Shown: piece after piece, positions 20,690-30,961 of the stretch
Layout: each line of letters opens with the position of its first letter
Position numbering within the stretch: the first letter of the stretch is position 1
Assembly: GCA_963832165.1 (NCBI GenBank)
Contig: CAWHTE010000002.1
Span: forward strand, 64,001 to 128,000
Origin: an uncultured delta proteobacterium
Lineage (GTDB): Bacteria; Myxococcota_A; UBA9160; SMWR01
DNA length: 64,000 nucleotides
Direction: 5' to 3'
The notes under the pieces: generated by a model
The model's database searches: none
The model's input: the letters and a program-made list of their open reading frames with translations, nothing else
Told to the model about the DNA's origin: nothing
Position numbers and translations under genes: made by a program

Positions 20690-23600
20690 TCAATGGCGCT
20701 CTGCGCACAGCTCCGCGAAGCGCGCGAGTGCGGCGTCGACGGCGTCGATGTCGAAGCGCTCGATGCGCGCGATCCGCTCGCCGTCGGTCAGGATCAAGGT
20801 CACGAACGTGGTCTCGAACGGCCCGCCGTCGCGCGTCCCGAACTGCCTCGCGACGTGCACGTGCCCGCGGCCGTTCCAGGTCAGGATCCGTACCGCTTCG
20901 TTTGCGTAGTTCGGCGCGAGCTCGGCGAACGCCTGGAGCGAGGCGATCCATTGATCGCGATCGAGCGACCCCAACACGCCCGGCGTGCGGCGGTCCCCGA
21001 TCACGGCGTCCTCGGTGAGAAGGCTGCGGAAGGCCTTCCAATCGCGGTTGGCGCTCGCTCGGTAGAGCGCGGCGATCGGCGCCTGCCCCCCGACCTCGGC
21101 GGCTTCGCCTGCGGCGAAGCGATCGTACATCTCTGCGAACGCGGCGCGGCGGTCGTCGGAGTCGAAGAGGATTTGCGCCCGGAGCCGCCCGTCGCCATCG
21201 ACCTCCGTGACCGTGATCCGCTCGAGGTCGAACGCACCCTCCGAAGGCGCGCGCGTCCACACGTCGTGCTCGACGGCGACCCGATTCCCCGCCGTGGCGA
21301 TCAACTTTCGGGTCAGGTGGGCCCCCTCCGACTGGAGGAATCGCAGGCTCGCGATCCCTTGCTCCATGCCGCCCGCCACCAGTGCCCGCTTGCTGCGATC
21401 CTCGTAGCAGAAGTCGTCGGCTGCGAGCGCACGGAGCCCGTCCCAATCGCTGGCGGACCACGCCTCGAAGTTTCGATCGCGCGCGCGCGACGCCGCGTTC
21501 GCCGGGATGTGCAGCGGATCGGGGCGCAGCTCTTCGAAGCGCGCGCGTGCGCGGTCGAGGTCTTCGGGCTCGAAGATCTCGAGTCCCGCGATGCGGCCGG
21601 ACTCAGTGAATGCGAGGTTGAGGTAGACCGACTCGAAATCGCCACCGTCGGCGAGCTTGCCAAAGGTATGGGCTACCGAGAGCTGGGTGCCCTTCGATCG
21701 GGCGAGTGGATAGAGGGTCTCGAACATCACCTCCTGGGTCTCCTGGAAGAGCGCGGCCAGCGACGCGACGTAGGCATCGGCCCCCTCGATGCGCCCCGCG
21801 CCGGTGCGGCGGTGATCGTCGTACACGTAATCGTCGGGCAGCGCGGCGCGGCAGCGCGCGAGGTCGCGATCGGCAACTCCGCGCATGAACTCGTACGCGC
21901 TCTTCGGCAGCCAACTCGCTGACCGGTCGAGCATCTCCAGACTCGCGGCGCGGCGGTCGTCGGGGTCGAACCCGATCACCGCCAGGAAACGGCCGTCCGC
22001 GTCGACTTCGAAGACTGTCAGCTGCTCGGCCTCGATGGGTGCCTCTTCGACACCGGTAAAGAGATGCCATTCGAGCATCAGCCGGTCGCCCGCAGTCGCC
22101 AGGAGCCTTCGCGAGACTCGCGATCTGGCGATGTATCTGGAGCTCGCGAGCCACGTCTCGCGATCGCCCGTGAGGCGGATCAGGCGCCGTCGATCGTCGA
22201 ACACCATCTCCGGTGCACATAGCGCGGGGAGCGCTTCCCAGTCCCGAGCCTCCAGGCGCTGCATCCAGCGATCCAGCGCGTGTGTCGCGACGTTGGGCGG
22301 GATGCGCAAGGCGGGATCCGCCTTCGGCTCCTCCCGCCCTACGTGATCAGGTACGTCATGAGTAGGGCGGGAGAGCGAAGCGATCCCGCCATCGGCCCCG
22401 GCGGTCACCTCGTCGAAGCGCGCGAACGCTTCGGCTTCGCTGTTCGCGTCGAACCACTCGACCCGCGAGACGAGACCCTGCGCATCGAAGGTCCAGAGTC
22501 TCAGGAATTCGAGCTCGAACGCTCCGCCGCTGGCGCGGCTGGTCCCCGACATCGTCGACTGCACCAGCAGTGCGTCGGGCTCGAGCGCGAGCACGTCGTC
22601 GATCCGGATGAATTCGTCCTCGAACAGGTCCGCGCCGATCCGGATACCGCGCCCCACGCTCTCTCGACCCCGCCCGCGGCCGGCCGAGATGACCGCTCGG
22701 TGATCGTGGAACTCGACGTCGTCGGCGAGGCTCTCCACCATGCGCTCGCGATCCAGCTGTCGGGAATGGACGGCGAGCGTCCGCGCGGTCGCCGCGGCGC
22801 GCTCGCGCTCGGAGCCTTCGGGCAGGAGCTCGGCATAGCGCTCGTACATCCGCACGACCGCGTCGCCGAGCTGATGGGCGGCGAAGCGCTCCTGGCGCCT
22901 CCGGCGCCCCTGCGCGTCGACCTCGGTCAGCAGGATCTGTTCGACCTCGTAGGGGCCGAGGTCGAGCGGGCCTCGCGCGAGGCCGCTCGCGGAGGCCTTG
23001 AGACGGGTGAGGCCGAGCGCGTCCCCGAGCGAGGCGAGTCGCTCCCCCACGAGCGAAAGGTCCTGCGCGCGCCAGAACGACTTCCTGATCCGGAGGTCGC
23101 CCTCGCGATCGAAGGTGGTGCCGGTGGTGTGATCGACGACCTCCACGTCGTCGGTCTGCAGCGTGGAGAGCGCCTGCTCATCGCGGGAGGCGATCGCCTC
23201 ATGGGTGCGGCGCATGTTCGCGAGCGCGGCATTCGTTCGCACGCGCCGCCTCGCGCGCCGCGGCTCGGGAGGCGCCGTGAGCTCGTCGAAGCGCGCGAGC
23301 GCCGCGTCCGCGTGCTCGGGATCGAACTGCTCCCAGCGCGTGATCTGCCCCTGGGCGTCGAAGGTCAGCAGCTGGCACAGATGGCGCTCGAACTCGCCGC
23401 CGCTGACCTTCAGCGTGCCGGAGTTCACGGCGCGCACGAGCAGCGCGTCGGGGCGCGCGCCGAGCACGTCGTCGATGCGCGTGCTGAGGTTCTCGAGCAG
23501 CTCGATGAACGCGCGCAGCCCCTGCTGCACGGCCTCGGCGCCGCGCAGCGACCCCACGCCCACCGCGCGCTGGTCGCTGTACTCGATGTCGGGCGCAAGC

Positions 23601-26600
23601 GGCCAGCGCTCGGGCGTCGGCGGCCCGAGCAGCACGGCGACCGCGCGCGCGATCGCGGCTGCGCTCTCGCGCTCGGCGCCGTCGGGCTGTCGCTCCGCAT
23701 AGCGCTCGTACAGGCGCACGGTCGCGTCGCCGAGTCGGTCGGCACGGAACATCTCGCCGCGTCGACGTCGCCCGTCGGCGTCGACCTCGATGATGAAAAC
23801 GTTTTCGTAGTCGAACTCGCCGACATCGAAGACGGGCCCGGACGCGCCGCTGCCCGACGCAAAGGTACGACTCAGCGCTAGTGATTCGCCGAGCGTGGCC
23901 AGAAGCTCGTAACGGTGCACGAGGTCGCGGGTGTTTCGGAACTGGCGGCGGTAGAAATCCAACAGTCCAGCATGGCCGAACTCCGCGCCGGTCGTGTGAT
24001 CGACCATCTCGCAGTCTTGCGCGAACAGCGTCTCGAGCGCGTCGGCATCTCGCGCCGTGATCGCTGCGCTGACGCGTGCGCTGTTCGCAGACGCCGCGTT
24101 CGGCGACACACGGCGCCGGACGGCGGGATCCGCGCTCAACTCGTCGAAGCGCGCGAGCGCGTCAGCGTCGCGGTCGGCGTCGAAGTGCTCCGCGCGTAGG
24201 AGGCGGCCATCGCTTCCGAAGACTTCGAGCAGGATCCACTGCCGCTCGAACACGCCGCCCCCCGTCCGATCGATTCCGGTGAGCGTCCGCTTGTGGAGCA
24301 GCAGACCGGGCCGAAGGCCGAGGACGTCGTCTGTTCGTACCGTGAAGTCGGTGGCGAGTTCGAGCCAGGCGCGCAGGCCCCGCAGCCCCTCAACGACTCC
24401 ACGCGCGGAATGGGTGGCCAGGAAGCGGTGATCGATCGTTTCGATCGAGGGTGACCAGGTGCTCGCATAGCGGTCGGGGTCGAACGGTCCCATCGACACC
24501 GCGACCGAGCGCGCAATCGCCGTGGCGCGCTCGCGCTCGGGACCCTCTGGCAAGCGCCCGGCGTAGCGCTCGTAGAGGCGGATGGCAGCGTCGCCGAGGT
24601 GATGCGCGGGAAAGATCTCGTCTCGCTGTCGGCACCCCTCGGCGTCGACCTCGACCAAGCGGACGAGCTCGCTCTCGAACGCGCCCACGTCGAACCGGCG
24701 GCTCGCGAGCCCGGTCCCCGACGTCGCATAGCGACAGAGCGCGAGCGACTCGCCTAGGACGGCCAGCGGCTCGCCTCGGTAGACGAGCCCCTCGACGTTC
24801 AGCGTCCTGCGGAGCATCTCGAGCCACCAGGATCGTCCATACGTCGCACCGGTGGTCTGATCGACGACCTCGATGCGATCCGATACGAGACGAGCGAACG
24901 CGTCGGTGTCGTGTGCCTGGACCGCTGCAATCTCGGCAGCGGCGTTCGCGGTCGCCGCATTCGGCTGCACGCGGCGGGCGGGGTGCGCCGGCGACGCGCT
25001 GAACTCGTCGAGCCGCGCGAGCGCGTCGGCGGTGCGGTCGGGCTCGAAAGCCTCGCACCGCAGTCCCAGGCCGTCGCGGCCGAAGAGCCAGAGCAGGAGA
25101 TAGGGCCGCTCGTATCGGCCGCCCGTGTCGCGGCTCGTGCCCACGTGAGTAATGCGGACGAGGAATGCCTGGCTCGTGAGCGCAAAGATGTCGTCGACGC
25201 GCAGCTTCATGCTCTCGACAAGGTCGAGCATCGAGCGCCAGTGCTCGACCATCGCCTGCTTGCCGCGACTCGACCAGGTTCCGAGCGTTCGGTGGTCGAC
25301 CGTCTCGAATGCGGGATCGACTGCGTCTGTCAGCCGATCGAGGTCGAACCGGCCCAGCTGCGCGGCGACGAGTCGCGCGGACGTGGCAGCGCGCGTGCGC
25401 TCGGGTCCCGTGGGAAGCGCTTCGGCGTAGCGCTCGTATAGCCGGGCGATCGCGTCGCCGAGCTGATCGGCGGCAAAGCACTCGCTCCAGCAGCGCCGGC
25501 CCTCGGCGTCGACCTCGGAGAGGTCGATCTCGCTGCGCTCGTAGGCGCCGACATCCCACTGCCGGCTCGTGAACGCGCTCGCGGAGTAGAACACGCGGCA
25601 CAGCGCGAGCGAGTCGCCGAGCGTCGCGAGCGGCTCGTGGCGCCGGAACGGGTTCTCGGAGACGAGCATCGAGCGCAGCGAGTAGACGACTCCATCGCGG
25701 TCGAAGTGGGTGCCGGTCGGATGATGCAGATACTCCACGCGGTCCGCGAACAGCCGCGCCCAGGCGTCGGCATCGCGCGCTTCGACCGCGGCGTCGGCCC
25801 GCGCCGCGTTCGCCGTCGCCGCGTTCGGCCGCACGCGGCGCGCGGGCGGAGCGGCGGTCAGCGCATCGAAGCGCGCGAGCGCGTCGGCCTCGCGGTCGAC
25901 GTCGAACCACTCGAAGCGCGCGATCCGACCGTCGCGTGCGAAGACCGTGAGCAGCAGGAACCTTCGCTCGAACGCGCCGCCGCTCCCGCGATCGGTGCCC
26001 GAGAACGTGCGCCGCATCAGGTGCGCATCGGGTTGCAGCGCGAGGATGTCGTCGATCTGCGTCGTGAGATCGGTCGCGAGGTCGCGCCAGGCGCGCAGGT
26101 GCTGGAGCACCGCAGCGGCCCCCTGCGCCGAATGAGTCGACAGCATGCGGTGATCGACGGCCTCGACTCCGGGCGCGAAGGCGGTCACGGCGATGTCGGG
26201 GTCGAACAGGGTCAGCGCGACCGAACGTGCGATCGCGGCGGCGCGCTCGCGCTCGGGGCCGTCGGGGAGCAGTTCGGCGTAGCGCTCGTAGAGACGGGCG
26301 ACGCCGTCTCCCAGCTGATTCGCGGCAAACAACTCGACGCGCCGCGCTCGTCCCGCAGGATCGGCGTCGACGACGTCGAATTGCTCGGCTTCGTACGGGC
26401 CGATATGCACATCCTTGGCGTCGATTCCGGAAGCGGAGGTCGACTGGTGGCATAGCGCGAGCGAATCGCCGAGTGTCGCCAGTGGCTCGATCTGGTAGCT
26501 CAGATCCCGGAAGCGCCACATCCCGCGACACCAGCGAAGCGATTCGTCCCGAGTCAGCTCCGCGGCAGTGGTGTGATCGATAGTGACGTGATCGTCGGTG

Positions 26601-29600
26601 TACAGAGCGCGCAGGGCGTCGGCATCGCGGGCCGAGATGATGGCTTGTATCCGAGCCACATGCGCAGTCGCCGCGTTCGGCCGCACGCGGCGCGTCGGGC
26701 GCTCGGCAATCAGCGCGTCGAAGCGCGCGAGCGCGTCGGCCTCGCGGTCGGCGTCGAAATGCTCGATGCGCGCGATCCGACCGTCGCTCGCGAAGACCGT
26801 GAGCAGCAGGAACGTTCGCTCGAATGCGCCGCCGCTCTCGCGATCGGTGCCCGAGAACGTGCGCCGCATCAGATGCGCATCGGGTTGCAGCGCGAGGACG
26901 TCGTCGATCTGTGTCGTGAGATCGGTCGCGAGATCGAGCCAGGCGCGCAGGTTCTGCAGCATCGCAGCCACCCCCTGCGCCGAATGAGTCGAAAGCATGC
27001 GGTGATCGACTACCTGGACCCCGGGTGCGTAAGCGCTGATGGAGCTGTCGGGATCGAACGCTCTCTGGGAGGTCAGCGCGACCGAGCGCGCGACGGCCGC
27101 GGCGCCATCGCGCTCGGGCCCCGGCGGGAGCAGCTCGGCATGGCTCTGGTACAGGCACGCGATCGCGTCGCCGAGGTGGTGCGCAGCGAACACCTCGCCG
27201 CGGAAGCACAGTCCCTCGCGATCGACCGTGGTCACGAGGAGCTGCTCGCGCTCGTAGGGGCCGACATCGATTCGCTCGCCGGTGGCCGCATTCGCAGAGA
27301 AGAGCAGGCGGAACAGCACGAGCGACTCGCCGAGCGTCGCGAGCGGCTCCTGTCGATATTCGAAATTGCTGGCCCGCATCAGCCCACGCAGCGTGGCGAG
27401 CGTTCCCTCGCGGTCGTAGCTGGTGCCGTTGGGATGATCGATCGTCTGAGTGTCGTGGCGGTGCAGTGCGGCGAGCGCATCGATGTCTCGGTTCCGCATC
27501 GCGTGGCCGATCCGCTCCGCGCACGCGGTCGCCGCGTTCGCGCGCACGCGGCGGCGCGCGGGGCGAGCCACCGGTGTGGAGCCGCGGAAGGCGGGATCCG
27601 CCTTCGGCTCCTCCCGCCCTACGGTCCGCGCGCGCTCGGCCAGCAGAGTCGCGCCCTTGGACTCCCAGAGCTCGATCGCGCGTGTGTGTTCGGCGGCCGC
27701 CTCGTCGCTGCGGCCCGCCGCGCGCAGCGCGATCGCGAGGTCGTTGCGCGCTTCGGCGTGGTCGAGCAGTGAGTCGGTCGCGGCCGCGATCTCCACCGCC
27801 GCGCGCGCGAACTCGACCGCGGACGCGGCCTCCCCGCGCTGCGCCAGCGCCGCGGCGCGCACGCCGCGCCAGGCGACCGCGGCCCACAGGTCGTCGCCCG
27901 CGAGCTCTTCGCTCTCACGCGAGAGCACCTCGGCCTCGGTGGCGCGGTTCTGGTTGACCAGCGCCCGGCCGAGGTTCGCAGCGGCTTGCGCCGCCTCGAT
28001 CCCGAGCCCGAGCTCGCGCAGGCCCTGGTAGGCGGGGCGCAGGCAGCGCTCGGCCGCCGCGGGATCGCCCTCGATCAGCTCGATCAGGCCCGCGAACACG
28101 TCGGCCTGCAGCAGTCGGTGGGTGATGCCGAGCTCTTCGACCATGCGCCGCGAAGTGGCGATCATGCGGTGCGCCGCCTCGCTGCGTCCGCGCAGCGCCT
28201 CGAGCACGCCCTGACACCGCAGTGCGACAGCCTCGACCGCGGGCGACCCCTGCGTGATGCGCAGCACGCGCACCACGTCGAGGCAGCGGCCGCTCGCGCG
28301 CGTAACCGGCGACGGGCCCCACAGCGCGGCCTGCGGCGCACCCGCGAGCACCGCGTTGGAGCGCCGGCGGTCGTGGCCGCGCCGCGCCGCGGCGAGCGCG
28401 CGATCGAGCGCGGCCTCGCACGCGCCGCCGCGCCCGAGCGCCTGGAGCGCCATCGCGTGCACGAAGTGAGCCTTCGCCTCGCCCGACGCGTCGCCGGCTG
28501 CCGTGAGCTGCTCGGCTGCGGCCGCGACCGCGTCGGCGGTCGTCCGCAGCGCCTGCGGGTCGACCAGAGCCGCGCGCTGGCCGACGAAGCAGACGTGCCA
28601 GGCGCGCAACCGCTCCGACGCCGCGGCGAAGCGGCCGAGCTCGTCGATCGCGGTGGCGGCGGTGCCGACCTCGCCCGCCGAGAGCAATGCCTCGCACCAG
28701 TCGAGTGCGAGCTCGGCGCGCGCGGGATCGTCCCCGCCGAGGCGATCGATCGCGCGGCCTAGCAGGCTCGCCGCGACCGGCACGTCGTCGCGCGCGAGCG
28801 CGCGGCGGCCCGCCGCTGCGAGATGGCCAGCGGCGCGCTCGCCGAGTGCCACCCCGTGCGCGTCGAGCGGGCCGAGCTCACCGAGGTGCGCATGCGCCTG
28901 CTCGAGATGCCAACCGAGCAGCTCATCGTGCTCGTCCGACTCGCCGACCCGTCCCACCACCCAGTCGGCGAAGCGCTCGTGCAGCTCGGCGCGCTTGTTC
29001 TTGAGCAGGCGGCGATAGGCGGCGTCGCGGATCAGCAGATGGTGGAAGCGCAGCGCGGGTTCGCCCAGGAACCAGCCCGTGTCGGGCTCGATCAGCTCGC
29101 TGCGGCGCAGCGCCTCGAGCAGGCGGTCGAGATCGGCGAGGTCGCGTGGCAACAGCGCCGCGACCGCCGCGCGCGAGAACTGCCGCCCGATCACGGCCGC
29201 GCGCTCGAGCACGGTGCGCTCGTCGGGGCGCAATCGCTCGATGCGCGCCGCGAGCAGCGCCTGGATCGTCGGCGGCATCTCGAGCTGGGCCAGCTCGGCG
29301 CTCGCCGTCCAGCGGTCGCCCTCGCGCAGCAGCGCACCATCCTGGACGAGCATGCGCACGAGCTCACCCACGAACAGCGGATTGCCCTCGCTGGTCGCGA
29401 GCACGCGCGCGGCCACTGCCGCGGGCAGGTCGTCGGCGCCGATCACGTTCGCGGCGAGCCGCGTCGCGGCGCCCGCGTCGAGGCCCGCGAGCGTCACCAG
29501 CTCCGCGACGACGCCGCCCGGTGTCGCGAGTGATGAGCGCGCGTCGCGCAGCTCCGGGCGCGCGGCCACCAGCACGAAGAGCGGTGCGTCGGTGGTCCAC

Positions 29601-30844
29601 TCGATCAGGTGCTCGCAGAGATCGAGCAGCAGCGGCTCGGCCCACTGGAGGTCGTCGATCGCGAGCACCGTTGGCTGGGAGCCCGCAAGGGCGCGCAGGA
29701 ACCTGCGCACGGCGAAGAATGTCTCCTCGGGCGGCGCCGGCGTGCCCGCGAGCAGTGCCGCGACCCCGGCGGCGATCCGGCTGCGATCGGGATCGGCGCC
29801 GAGGAGCCGTTCGATCTCCGCGAGTCCGGCTTCGCTCGGCGCGCTGTCGTCGCGGCCTAGCAGCTGGCGCAGCGCGGCGGCGATCGGCGCGAACGTGGCG
29901 CCGCCGGCCGCGTCGCAGTGCGCGAGCAGCACGGTCGCGCCGTTCTCGAGCCGGCGCGCGACCTCGCCGATCACGCGCGACTTGCCGAGGCCCGGCGAGC
30001 CGAGCACCACCGCGAGCCGCGCGCGCTCGTCGAAGACGGCGCCGTCGTATACGGAGAGGATCCGCCGCAGCTCGGCATCGCGCCCGACGAACGGCGTCGT
30101 CGAGGCGCCGCTCGGTCGCTCGAGTGACATCACACGATAGGCGGCGACGCTCTCCGCGCGTCCCTTCAGCGCAAACGAGCCGAGCGGCGCGAGCGTGACG
30201 AGCTCGGAGACGATCCGGCGCGTCGCCTCGCCGATCACGACGTCGCCGTCGCGCGCCTGCTCCTGGAGCCGCGCCGCGACGTTGACGGGATCGCCGATGA
30301 TCTCGGTATCGCTGCTCGCGATCACCTCGCCCGTGTTCACCGCGACGCGCAGCCCCGTCGCGCCGATCCGATCGGCGTTCTCGTGCGCGAGCGCGCGGAA
30401 CGCCCGCTGCATTGCCACCGCCGCGCGCACGGCGCGGATCGCGTCGTCCTCCGCCACGCGCGGCGCGCCGAACACCGCCTTCACGCCGTCGCCGAGCAGC
30501 TGGGTCACGGTGCCGCCCTGCGACTCGACCGCCCCGCGCATCGCGTGGTAGTAGGCGTCCATGAACCGTCGCACCGACTCGGCGTCGAGCCGCTCGTGGA
30601 GCGCGGTGGAGCCGATCAGGTCGGCGAATACGATCGTGACGACCTTGCGCGCGCCGGTCTCCTCGGCCGCGGGCGCGGGCTGGCCGGCGCCGAGTGCGGC
30701 GCCGCACGCGTTGCAGAAGCGCTTGTCCGGCCGGGCCGGAGCGCCGCAGCTCGGGCAGGTCTGGGGCGGGGCGAGGTTCGCCCCGCAGTCCGCACAGAAG
30801 CGGGCTCCGTCCGGATTCGCAGCGCCACAGGCCGAGCACTGCAT
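20690..30844 (-). CDS. Giant protein 1 (3384 aa): double Zn-ribbon - class III nucleotide cyclase - STAND ATPase - TPR-like - 8 tandem units of paired SnoaL/NTF2-like domains
   Basis: 4 CxxC pairs; FADLIGST/LGDG/GDPVNVAARL; GSPGLGKS Walker A; IDDLQWAE Walker B; ~285-aa repeats; AGGAG RBS. Confidence 0.88.
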   Translation of the reverse strand: MQCSACGAANPDGARFCADCGANLAPPQTCPSCGAPARPDKRFCNACGAALGAGQPAPAAEETGARKVVTIVFADLIGSTALHERLDAESVRRFMDAYYHAMRGAVESQGGTVTQLLGDGVKAVFGAPRVAEDDAIRAVRAAVAMQRAFRALAHENADRIGATGLRVAVNTGEVIASSDTEIIGDPVNVAARLQEQARDGDVVIGEATRRIVSELVTLAPLGSFALKGRAESVAAYRVMSLERPSGASTTPFVGRDAELRRILSVYDGAVFDERARLAVVLGSPGLGKSRVIGEVARRLENGATVLLAHCDAAGGATFAPIAAALRQLLGRDDSAPSEAGLAEIERLLGADPDRSRIAAGVAALLAGTPAPPEETFFAVRRFLRALAGSQPTVLAIDDLQWAEPLLLDLCEHLIEWTTDAPLFVLVAARPELRDARSSLATPGGVVAELVTLAGLDAGAATRLAANVIGADDLPAAVAARVLATSEGNPLFVGELVRMLVQDGALLREGDRWTASAELAQLEMPPTIQALLAARIERLRPDERTVLERAAVIGRQFSRAAVAALLPRDLADLDRLLEALRRSELIEPDTGWFLGEPALRFHHLLIRDAAYRRLLKNKRAELHERFADWVVGRVGESDEHDELLGWHLEQAHAHLGELGPLDAHGVALGERAAGHLAAAGRRALARDDVPVAASLLGRAIDRLGGDDPARAELALDWCEALLSAGEVGTAATAIDELGRFAAASERLRAWHVCFVGQRAALVDPQALRTTADAVAAAAEQLTAAGDASGEAKAHFVHAMALQALGRGGACEAALDRALAAARRGHDRRRSNAVLAGAPQAALWGPSPVTRASGRCLDVVRVLRITQGSPAVEAVALRCQGVLEALRGRSEAAHRMIATSRRMVEELGITHRLLQADVFAGLIELIEGDPAAAERCLRPAYQGLRELGLGIEAAQAAANLGRALVNQNRATEAEVLSRESEELAGDDLWAAVAWRGVRAAALAQRGEAASAVEFARAAVEIAAATDSLLDHAEARNDLAIALRAAGRSDEAAAEHTRAIELWESKGATLLAERARTVGREEPKADPAFRGSTPVARPARRRVRANAATACAERIGHAMRNRDIDALAALHRHDTQTIDHPNGTSYDREGTLATLRGLMRASNFEYRQEPLATLGESLVLFRLLFSANAATGERIDVGPYEREQLLVTTVDREGLCFRGEVFAAHHLGDAIACLYQSHAELLPPGPERDGAAAVARSVALTSQRAFDPDSSISAYAPGVQVVDHRMLSTHSAQGVAAMLQNLRAWLDLATDLTTQIDDVLALQPDAHLMRRTFSGTDRESGGAFERTFLLLTVFASDGRIARIEHFDADREADALARFDALIAERPTRRVRPNAATAHVARIQAIISARDADALRALYTDDHVTIDHTTAAELTRDESLRWCRGMWRFRDLSYQIEPLATLGDSLALCHQSTSASGIDAKDVHIGPYEAEQFDVVDADPAGRARRVELFAANQLGDGVARLYERYAELLPDGPERERAAAIARSVALTLFDPDIAVTAFAPGVEAVDHRMLSTHSAQGAAAVLQHLRAWRDLATDLTTQIDDILALQPDAHLMRRTFSGTDRGSGGAFERRFLLLTVFARDGRIARFEWFDVDREADALARFDALTAAPPARRVRPNAATANAARADAAVEARDADAWARLFADRVEYLHHPTGTHFDRDGVVYSLRSMLVSENPFRRHEPLATLGDSLALCRVFYSASAFTSRQWDVGAYERSEIDLSEVDAEGRRCWSECFAADQLGDAIARLYERYAEALPTGPERTRAATSARLVAAQLGRFDLDRLTDAVDPAFETVDHRTLGTWSSRGKQAMVEHWRSMLDLVESMKLRVDDIFALTSQAFLVRITHVGTSRDTGGRYERPYLLLWLFGRDGLGLRCEAFEPDRTADALARLDEFSASPAHPARRVQPNAATANAAAEIAAVQAHDTDAFARLVSDRIEVVDQTTGATYGRSWWLEMLRRTLNVEGLVYRGEPLAVLGESLALCRYATSGTGLASRRFDVGAFESELVRLVEVDAEGCRQRDEIFPAHHLGDAAIRLYERYAGRLPEGPERERATAIARSVAVSMGPFDPDRYASTWSPSIETIDHRFLATHSARGVVEGLRGLRAWLELATDFTVRTDDVLGLRPGLLLHKRTLTGIDRTGGGVFERQWILLEVFGSDGRLLRAEHFDADRDADALARFDELSADPAVRRRVSPNAASANSARVSAAITARDADALETLFAQDCEMVDHTTGAEFGHAGLLDFYRRQFRNTRDLVHRYELLATLGESLALSRTFASGSGASGPVFDVGEFDYENVFIIEVDADGRRRRGEMFRADRLGDATVRLYERYAERQPDGAERESAAAIARAVAVLLGPPTPERWPLAPDIEYSDQRAVGVGSLRGAEAVQQGLRAFIELLENLSTRIDDVLGARPDALLVRAVNSGTLKVSGGEFERHLCQLLTFDAQGQITRWEQFDPEHADAALARFDELTAPPEPRRARRRVRTNAALANMRRTHEAIASRDEQALSTLQTDDVEVVDHTTGTTFDREGDLRIRKSFWRAQDLSLVGERLASLGDALGLTRLKASASGLARGPLDLGPYEVEQILLTEVDAQGRRRRQERFAAHQLGDAVVRMYERYAELLPEGSERERAAATARTLAVHSRQLDRERMVESLADDVEFHDHRAVISAGRGRGRESVGRGIRIGADLFEDEFIRIDDVLALEPDALLVQSTMSGTSRASGGAFELEFLRLWTFDAQGLVSRVEWFDANSEAEAFARFDEVTAGADGGIASLSRPTHDVPDHVGREEPKADPALRIPPNVATHALDRWMQRLEARDWEALPALCAPEMVFDDRRRLIRLTGDRETWLASSRYIARSRVSRRLLATAGDRLMLEWHLFTGVEEAPIEAEQLTVFEVDADGRFLAVIGFDPDDRRAASLEMLDRSASWLPKSAYEFMRGVADRDLARCRAALPDDYVYDDHRRTGAGRIEGADAYVASLAALFQETQEVMFETLYPLARSKGTQLSVAHTFGKLADGGDFESVYLNLAFTESGRIAGLEIFEPEDLDRARARFEELRPDPLHIPANAASRARDRNFEAWSASDWDGLRALAADDFCYEDRSKRALVAGGMEQGIASLRFLQSEGAHLTRKLIATAGNRVAVEHDVWTRAPSEGAFDLERITVTEVDGDGRLRAQILFDSDDRRAAFAEMYDRFAAGEAAEVGGQAPIAALYRASANRDWKAFRSLLTEDAVIGDRRTPGVLGSLDRDQWIASLQAFAELAPNYANEAVRILTWNGRGHVHVARQFGTRDGGPFETTFVTLILTDGERIARIERFDIDAVDAALARFAELCAERH
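22308..22392. repeat. Inverted REP doublet inserted in frame in giant protein 1
   Basis: Canonical copy 22308-22342 (-) plus variant GTAGGGCGGGAGAGCGAAGCGATCCCGCCAT 22362-22392 (+); translated GGIASLSRPTHDVPDHVGREEPKADPAL. Confidence 0.9.
27588..27622 (-). repeat. REP copy in frame in giant protein 1 (TPR-to-repeat linker)
   Basis: Exact 35-bp copy; translated VGREEPKADPAF. Confidence 0.92.
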
Positions 30845-30872
30845 CGAGTACCCGCTCCTACCGGGTCGGCTA

Positions 30873-30902
30873 GTTCTACCCGCCGCGGCAAGTAGTAGTC
30901 AA
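30873..30902 (-). promoter_or_regulatory. Putative sigma70-type promoter of giant protein 1
   Basis: Minus strand TTGACT-N18-TAGAAC upstream of the AGGAG RBS. Confidence 0.45.
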
Positions 30903-30961
30903 CTCTGGATTTTGTCCGCCGATGGCCGCAAGGCCGTAAGGCGGATCCCGCCGTCTGCGCC

